DNA of 64,000 bases, taken from the sequence record NC_048047.1; one strand, written 5' to 3'. A program made the position numbers and the translations under genes. A model generated the notes under the pieces. The model was not told the DNA's origin. It worked only from the letters and a program-made list of their open reading frames with translations, and did no database searches. Positions 18,593 through 23,716 of the stretch are shown piece after piece; the first letter of the stretch is position 1; the number at the start of each line of letters is the position of its first letter.

Positions 18593-18760
18593 CCGGGCAA
18601 GAGCGCTTAGCGGCCTCCAAGCGCCTGGGTTACGCTGGAAACGCAGGGGTCGCCGGGTCGTGCGCAACGACAGCCCTGGTCAGTGACCGATGGTGGATAA
18701 GACATTGGTCCCAACCTGCTGTAGGTGGTTGGCGGCGCCGGGTCCGAGAACCCGGACGTA
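18593..18760 (+). ncRNA. Candidate structured small RNA (tRNA-sized multi-hairpin plus three further hairpins)
   Basis: GCGCTT/AAGCGC, GTCG/CGAC, GACCGATG/CATTGGTC, CCAACC/GGTTGG and CCGGGT/ACCCGG stems; no ORF. Confidence 0.4.
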
Positions 18761-18779
18761 ATCCCCTAGGAGCCTGATC

Positions 18780-18932
18780 ATGGCCGACCACGAGCACACC
18801 TCGCCCGAGATCGCGTCCCTGGCCGCCCGCGCCCTGCGCGACCCGGCCAGTTTGACCGAGGACGAGATCAAGAGCCTCGCGGCGTCCGCCCTGACCCAGG
18901 CGCCCGACAGACCACAGGCCGACGAGGCCTGA
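18780..18932 (+). CDS. Small phage hypothetical protein (50 aa, MADHEHTSPEIASLAARALRDP...AASALTQAPD)
   Basis: AGGAG RBS and good codon bias; not in the supplied ORF track because it is under 60 aa. Confidence 0.7.
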   Translation: MADHEHTSPEIASLAARALRDPASLTEDEIKSLAASALTQAPDRPQADEA

Positions 18933-19153
18933 ACCTCATACCCGCTGTGGCGCTAGTAGGATGCGCCAGTGGCCATGCCATCGAGGCTCACCGCATGGGG
19001 GGCCGGCGGAAGTAGCTCAGGTCCGCCTTGAGTGAAAACCCACATCACGTCGACCGGCCCCACTGCCTTGCATGCGCCGCTGACGCCCTTTGGAACCCTC
19101 GGTCAGGCCAGTCCTCACCGGGGGGTTTTCCTTTTATGTACGAAAAAATTCGC

Positions 19154-19200
19154 GTCACCGTGCATTTTTTCTTGACTTCTATTTCGGCCTGTGTCATAGG
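19154..19200 (+). promoter_or_regulatory. Promoter of tRNA array 2
   Basis: GTCACCGTG...TTCTTGACT (-35 at 19172), 17-nt spacer, CATAGG. Confidence 0.55.
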
Positions 19201-19306
19201 CCTAAATACGGCTTCACGAAGCTGCCGGAACGCAAGTTCCACCCGACGCTTCGGCGTCGGAAAATCTCAACCGCCCGATCGGGCAATCTCCGCCGGAACA
19301 AGGTCC

Positions 19307-19426
19307 ATGACCCGCATCCATACCACGCTGCCGACCGCCAAGCCCGCCTCCACCGGCGCGCTGACGCTCGCCTCGTGGCCGGCGTCGAGCAAGCCGCTAT
19401 TGCGGCACTCAGCGGTTCTCGCCTAA
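19307..19426 (+). CDS. 39-aa leader peptide MTRIHTTLPTAKPASTGALTLASWPASSKPLLRHSAVLA of tRNA array 2
   Basis: ATG at 19307, TAA at 19424; 33 of 39 residues are amino acids carried by the 12 downstream tRNAs. Confidence 0.7.
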   Translation: MTRIHTTLPTAKPASTGALTLASWPASSKPLLRHSAVLA

Positions 19427-19545
19427 CAGGCGACCGCTCCGGGTGCCGCTCCTAAGCCGCACCCGATCTCCCCACGACACCTCCCAACTGTCCAGGCGAA
19501 CCGGGTGCTCCTGATCTCTCAGGAGATCGCTCCTATTTGGTTCAT

Positions 19546-19621
19546 CTTGGCGTAGCGCAGTGGTAGCGCACTCGGTTTGGGACCGAGGGGTCGTGGGTTC
19601 GAATCCTCACCGCCGAGACCA
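19546..19621 (+). tRNA. tRNA-Pro(TGG)
   Basis: ctcgg-tt TGG ga-ccgag; CCA end. Confidence 0.95.
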
Positions 19622-19694
19622 TTTCACCCTCCGCCGGCATTGGCCGGGCGATCCGCGTGCGCCTGGGCGCCGGCGGGGGCGTGTTCTTTGTTGT

Positions 19695-19771
19695 GCCGGT
19701 GTAGCTCAGCCCGGTAGAGCGTCTGCCTCGTAAGCAGGGGGTCCCTGGTTCAAATCCAGGTGTCGGCACCA
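19695..19771 (+). tRNA. tRNA-Thr(CGT)
   Basis: tctgc-ct CGT aa-gcagg; CCA end. Confidence 0.9.
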
Positions 19772-19825
19772 CAAAGAACACGATCGCAAGATCATAGAGA
19801 AGGAACAGACAAGACACAGACTTTC

Positions 19826-19912
19826 GGGCGAGTAGCCGAGTGGTTAAAGGCACCTGACTCTTAATCAGGCGTGAGAAATCCTACGTGGGTTCGAATCCCA
19901 CCTCGCCCTCCA
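19826..19912 (+). tRNA. tRNA-Lys(CTT) with an unusual long variable arm
   Basis: cctga-ct CTT aa-tcagg; 15-nt variable region; T discriminator; CCA end. Confidence 0.85.
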
Positions 19913-19993
19913 TTGATACCCATATTCCCGAGCGGGAAGATGCTGGCCAGGACAGGGGTCCTGGGATGAGAATCTTCCCGCACGGGATCATGG

Positions 19994-20080
19994 GCGGGTG
20001 TGGCGTAGTTGGTAGCCGCGCGAGTTTCAGGTACTCGTGGTCGAAAGGCCGTGGAGGTTCGAATCCTCTCACCCGCACCA
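19994..20080 (+). tRNA. tRNA-Leu(CAG)
   Basis: cgagt-tt CAG gt-actcg; long variable arm; CCA end. Confidence 0.95.
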
Positions 20081-20091
20081 ATCTGACCTGG

Positions 20092-20178
20092 GCCGAGGTG
20101 GCGGAATGGTAGACGCGCCGGCTTCAAGTCCCGTGTGCTCGCAAGAGCGTCCGAGTTCGACTCTCGGCCTCGGCACCA
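20092..20178 (+). tRNA. tRNA-Leu(CAA), weak anticodon stem
   Basis: Leu-type body; ccggc-tt CAA gt-cccgt has only 3 central Watson-Crick pairs. Confidence 0.8.
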
Positions 20179-20220
20179 AGACAGATTGGCGATGGAAAGC
20201 GAAGGTCATGCAAGGACAGG

Positions 20221-20308
20221 GCGGAAGTGGCGTAACGGTAGCCGCGCCAGATTGAGTATCTGGTGATCTGAAAGGGTCGTGGAGGTTCGATTCCTCTCTT
20301 CCGCACCA
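20221..20308 (+). tRNA. tRNA-Leu(GAG)
   Basis: ccaga-tt GAG ta-tctgg; CCA end. Confidence 0.95.
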
Positions 20309-20348
20309 AGTTAAACGAGAAGGAGTATTGAAGAAGTATTTGGTTTGT

Positions 20349-20420
20349 GCTGGAATGGCCTAGCGGTTAAGGCGCTGCATTGTGGATGCAGACACAATGG
20401 TTCGAATCCATTTTCCAGTG
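20349..20420 (+). tRNA. tRNA-His(GTG), no encoded CCA
   Basis: ctgca-tt GTG ga-tgcag; separated from tRNA-Ala by a single C. Confidence 0.85.
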
Positions 20421-20421
20421 C

Positions 20422-20496
20422 GGGGACGTAGCTCAGGGGTAGAGCGCCTGCTTTGCAAGCAGGATGTCGTGGGTTCGAATCCCACCGTCTCCACCA
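20422..20496 (+). tRNA. tRNA-Ala(TGC)
   Basis: G3:U70 pair; cctgc-tt TGC aa-gcagg; CCA end. Confidence 0.95.
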
Positions 20497-20561
20497 GACC
20501 AGGGGACCCAGGTCGCGGCGCCGGATCGGCGACCACCTGGGTCCGTGACAACGAGACGACT

Positions 20562-20655
20562 GGAGGGCTGGCAGAGTCTGGCTGAACGCACCCGATTCGA
20601 AATCGGGCAGGGGCTGAAAGGTCCCTCGGGGGTTCAAATCCCTCGCCCTCCGCCA
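20562..20655 (+). tRNA. tRNA-Ser(CGA)
   Basis: cccga-tt CGA aa-tcggg; long variable arm; GCCA end. Confidence 0.95.
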
Positions 20656-20673
20656 ACACGAGCCGGCATCTAT

Positions 20674-20765
20674 GGAAGGATGGCTGAGTCCGGCTGAAAG
20701 CACCCACCTGGAACGTGGGTAGGCCTTCGCGGGCCTCGGGGGTTCAAATCCCTCTCCTTCCGCCA
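20674..20765 (+). tRNA. tRNA-Ser(GGA)
   Basis: cccac-ct GGA ac-gtggg; long variable arm; GCCA end. Confidence 0.95.
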
Positions 20766-20799
20766 ATACCGAGCCGGCGCGGATCGCCGGCCGAAGCAA

Positions 20800-20889
20800 G
20801 GTGGGTTGACCGAGTGGTAAGGTGCGCGGTTGCTAACCGCAGGTCAGCCTGGAAGGGCTGCGGGGGTTCGATCCCCTCACCCACCGCCA
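20800..20889 (+). tRNA. tRNA-Ser(GCT)
   Basis: gcgg-tt GCT aa-ccgc; long variable arm; GCCA end. Confidence 0.95.
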
Positions 20890-20903
20890 CGCTTCGACGA
20901 TGC

Positions 20904-20980
20904 AGGGGTATAGCTCAACTGGCTAGAGCGGCGGTCTCCAAAACCGCAGGTTGGGGGTTCGAGTCCCTCTGCCCCTGCCA
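20904..20980 (+). tRNA. tRNA-Trp(CCA)
   Basis: gcggt-ct CCA aa-accgc; GCCA end. Confidence 0.95.
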
Positions 20981-21024
20981 ACACCGTTTCATCGATCCAA
21001 GGACCAAAGGAAAGGAGGACACCG

Positions 21025-21255
21025 ATGAGAAACCCCACCATGACCCAATGCCGTATGACGCGAGGCGAGACCGGTGTCCTGATCTCGTGGATTCCGACCG
21101 AGTTCGCCCAGGTCGGCCGCAAGATCGACCTGAAGGAAAAGGACTTCTGGTCGCGTGGCTGGATCGTCGACAAGGTCTGGACCACGATGGACGCCAAGGC
21201 GGTCGCCGAGCGCGGTCATGACTACCGCATCCACCGTCGGGCCACTGACGTCTAA
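21025..21255 (+). CDS. Hypothetical protein (76 aa)
   Basis: AGGAGG RBS and good codon bias. Confidence 0.8.
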   Translation: MRNPTMTQCRMTRGETGVLISWIPTEFAQVGRKIDLKEKDFWSRGWIVDKVWTTMDAKAVAERGHDYRIHRRATDV

Positions 21256-21289
21256 GAGGTTGGCCCTGCCATGTGTAGGCGCCGCAGCG

Positions 21290-21317
21290 GGGCCGCCCAG
21301 GATCACCTGGGCGGCCC
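21290..21317. terminator. 12-bp hairpin between convergent genes
   Basis: GGGCCGCCCAGG-atca-CCTGGGCGGCCC followed by TTGTCGTTTCT. Confidence 0.65.
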
Positions 21318-21326
21318 TTGTCGTTT

Positions 21327-21839
21327 CTAGGCGTGGATCGGCTCGTTGTCGATCACCACGCCCGGAGACGTAGCGATGACGAGCCAATAGCTGCCCGTCC
21401 AGCGAAGTACGGCGACGGCCGGAACGGGCACGTTGGTGCCCAGGGCCTGATACTTGATGACGGATTCATCCAGCGAGATGACGTCTTGGATACCGTCGGC
21501 ATTGGCGTCGACGATCGTCAGCGCGGGGAAGATGAGGCACGGCTTGCCAAGGCCCGCGTCCGCCGAGACGAATGTCGGAGGTTGAATTTGACCAATGGGC
21601 AACGTCGTCACGATGATCGGGAACGAGAGGTTACTGGGATCGGCGTTAGGGTGCCGCTGAATTTGCAGTTCCTGGCCGATACGGTTGCCAGGGTTCAGGG
21701 CCGCGTAGTTCAGATTGAAGTCTGCGTAGCCGGGTTTGGAAAGGCCACTGTGCATCACGACCACCGTTTCCTCACCCGTGGGGTTCAGGATGTCTCCGTC
21801 AAATTGGAGGGTAGCGTTGACCTTCACATTGCGCTGCAT
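21327..21839 (-). CDS. Hypothetical protein (170 aa)
   Basis: AGGAG RBS on the minus strand; codon usage less GC3-biased than the core genes. Confidence 0.75.
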   Translation of the reverse strand: MQRNVKVNATLQFDGDILNPTGEETVVVMHSGLSKPGYADFNLNYAALNPGNRIGQELQIQRHPNADPSNLSFPIIVTTLPIGQIQPPTFVSADAGLGKPCLIFPALTIVDANADGIQDVISLDESVIKYQALGTNVPVPAVAVLRWTGSYWLVIATSPGVVIDNEPIHA

Positions 21840-21952
21840 CGTTTTCTCCTAGCCGGCCCAGCGCCGGCAGCCCCTCCTACCCGAACTGTGTGACAAGTCT
21901 ATCTAAGATCGAGATTTATCCACAACAGCTTTAGCGCGAGTATAGGCACACT

Positions 21953-21980
21953 AAAAAGGGCTCCCGGAGGAGCCCTTTTG
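21953..21980 (-). terminator. Intrinsic terminator ending the large non-coding transcript
   Basis: Minus strand AAAAGGGCTCC-tcc-GGGAGCCCTTTTT. Confidence 0.8.
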
Positions 21981-22818
21981 GGTTTCGAAAGGTTGAGACA
22001 CTAGGCCTTTCACGACGAGACCTCAGGGATTATCCTTATTCAGGTTCCCCTGGGAGTCCAGGAGCCTTTCGGCTTCTCTGTCCCGCCAACGACGGTCATT
22101 TAGGGTCCACCACAGACCGTCCTGTTAAACAACTCAGCCTCTCCGCTCCCATCAAAGGCTGGCCGGCCCTCAAAGGAAGTTTCCTGACACTCACCTCAAG
22201 ACCTTGCGGGGTCCTGCGATGCCCCTGCTAAGCCGAAGCCCAGGGGACGTAGTCGTCTATCGTTCAACAGCGGACCGACTTTCGCTTGTGCTTCGTCAGC
22301 CAATGATGATCGGGGTTGGTTTAAGCCCCGTGCTACCTTCCCTAGTGAAGACGTGCAGTACCTTGGGCTTCGTGGCTTTTGGCCACAAAATACCCTACGC
22401 CTCCGTGTTCCTCAGATCGGAACGGTCCTGGCCGAAAACCCCTCCAGGTGCTTTTCACACCCGACGTGGCTTCCAGATGGACTGGGTCTCGCCCTAAGCC
22501 GGTATCTCTCCGACCTCGAACTGTCGTAGTAGGCTGTCGCCCAGCTACCCCCTACACCTAAATCCTCGCCGACAAGGCCGCCTTGATGTGTCCTCCCGGC
22601 GGATATCACCCCGCACCAGAGCGCCGTTGGGCGCCTTTCGAGACAGAACACGGCCCCTTCGACTATCCTCCACCCCCAGTTTTTACCTGGGTATGAAAGA
22701 CGGGCTGGTTAGGCCCGGTCTTCGATGCCTGCTTGAGTGAGCCCGGTTTCCCAGGTGACGAAGGATAGGGCCTCCGCCTCGTTGCCGAGTTGCCCCGGCC
22801 GCGTCGCTCTCAAGCGAT
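21953..22818 (-). ncRNA. Candidate large (approx. 865 nt) highly structured non-coding RNA, GOLLD-like in size and context
   Basis: Has its own promoter and terminator, no credible ORF, and many tetraloop-capped hairpins; lies beside tRNA arrays. Confidence 0.65.
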
Positions 22819-22824
22819 GACTGG

Positions 22825-22853
22825 GTTGTAGACGGATGATTTTCCGGGGTCAA
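22825..22853 (-). promoter_or_regulatory. Sigma70-type promoter for the large ncRNA
   Basis: Minus strand TTGACC-17 nt-TACAAC. Confidence 0.75.
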
Positions 22854-23291
22854 CAGCCAAATCGAACTTTTTTCGAAAAAGTTTCGATCGGCGTCCCCGT
22901 GACGCGTTTCTTGACCCGCCTTCTTCCTTAGGGCAGAAGGGGTTCCGAGGGCGCCACGCGTAGTGGAAGAATCCGTGCTCCCGCCCAAGGCGAGGCCGTG
23001 CAGCGACACAGTCCTCCACATCAGGCCGACCCTAAGCCGCAGCGCGTCGACTACCCGCATGCCTCGGGCAATAGGCAAATCCCGGTCCGGCGGACATCCC
23101 TCGAAGCTGGAGGAGATAACCGGAGGTTACCGTCCCCGTGGGACGGATGGAATGAAGGGACTTTGTCGATCCCTGGTAGGCCGTCCAGATAGTAGCGCTG
23201 CTGCCTGGGTCCGGGACCGCTCAATCGGCGAAACGCGAAAAGAGCCCGGCTGGTTTCGCGGCTGGCCGGGCTCACTACCCTGGAAATCCCC

Positions 23292-23615
23292 ATGATCGAC
23301 AACACCTTCGTCCTCATCGACGGGCCGCTCTACCTGACGCTGGAAGCGGCTCTGGAGGCGCCCGGTGCGATCTACACCCACGTCAAGAAGGGCGGCATCT
23401 ATCGCCGCATGGGCGAAGCCAAGTACGCGGGCGATGCGGCGGCCGAGACGCTGGAAGGCGTCATGATGGCGGTCTACGAGCATCTCTACCCTCACGAGCA
23501 CTCCTTCTTTGTACGCCCTCAAAGTGAGTTCGTCGAGATTGTGCGGACCAAGCATGGCGAGCACCGCCGTTTCGTCTTCCACACCAACGACATACTCACC
23601 GTCCTCGACACCTGA
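23292..23615 (+). CDS. DUF1653-like hypothetical protein (107 aa)
   Basis: YTHVKKGGIY...AVYEHL...FFVRPQSEF pattern. Confidence 0.7.
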   Translation: MIDNTFVLIDGPLYLTLEAALEAPGAIYTHVKKGGIYRRMGEAKYAGDAAAETLEGVMMAVYEHLYPHEHSFFVRPQSEFVEIVRTKHGEHRRFVFHTNDILTVLDT

Positions 23616-23716
23616 CATGCGTCAAAGCCTTGTCATGCAAGGCGTCACGGTGTCGTCGATCTTGACTTGACACTCGATCTCCGGTAGAAGGCAGACCTGC
23701 TTTCAAGGAAATTGAG

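Noticed and set aside
18570-18660. Resemblance to a c-di-GMP-I riboswitch (GGGCA.AACC..TCGAAAG..GCCTCC..GGGGT.GCCG)
   Set aside because: The P2 stem around GAAA does not pair and the conserved spacing is not met; kept only as an unassigned structured RNA.
19028-19306. Upstream extension of the leader ORF (132-aa ORF 19028..19426)
   Set aside because: It spans a terminator-like hairpin and the array promoter; only the part from ATG 19307 lies within the predicted transcript.
18999-19426. Possible two-piece tmRNA (GGGGCC start; peptide ending AVLA)
   Set aside because: No T-arm or G3:U70 acceptor end with CCA; the peptide has its own ATG and is better explained as a leader.
20092-20178. Reading this tRNA as a TCA (opal suppressor/Sec) tRNA
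   Set aside because: The TCA register gives a worse anticodon stem than CAA, and the body is Leu-type with G37.
19542-21221. ORFs called across the tRNA arrays (also 27208..27681)
   Set aside because: They overlap bona fide tRNA cloverleafs and merely translate tRNA sequence.
22204-23078. Short ORFs within the large ncRNA/promoter region
   Set aside because: No RBS, codon usage unlike phage genes, and they overlap dense RNA structure.
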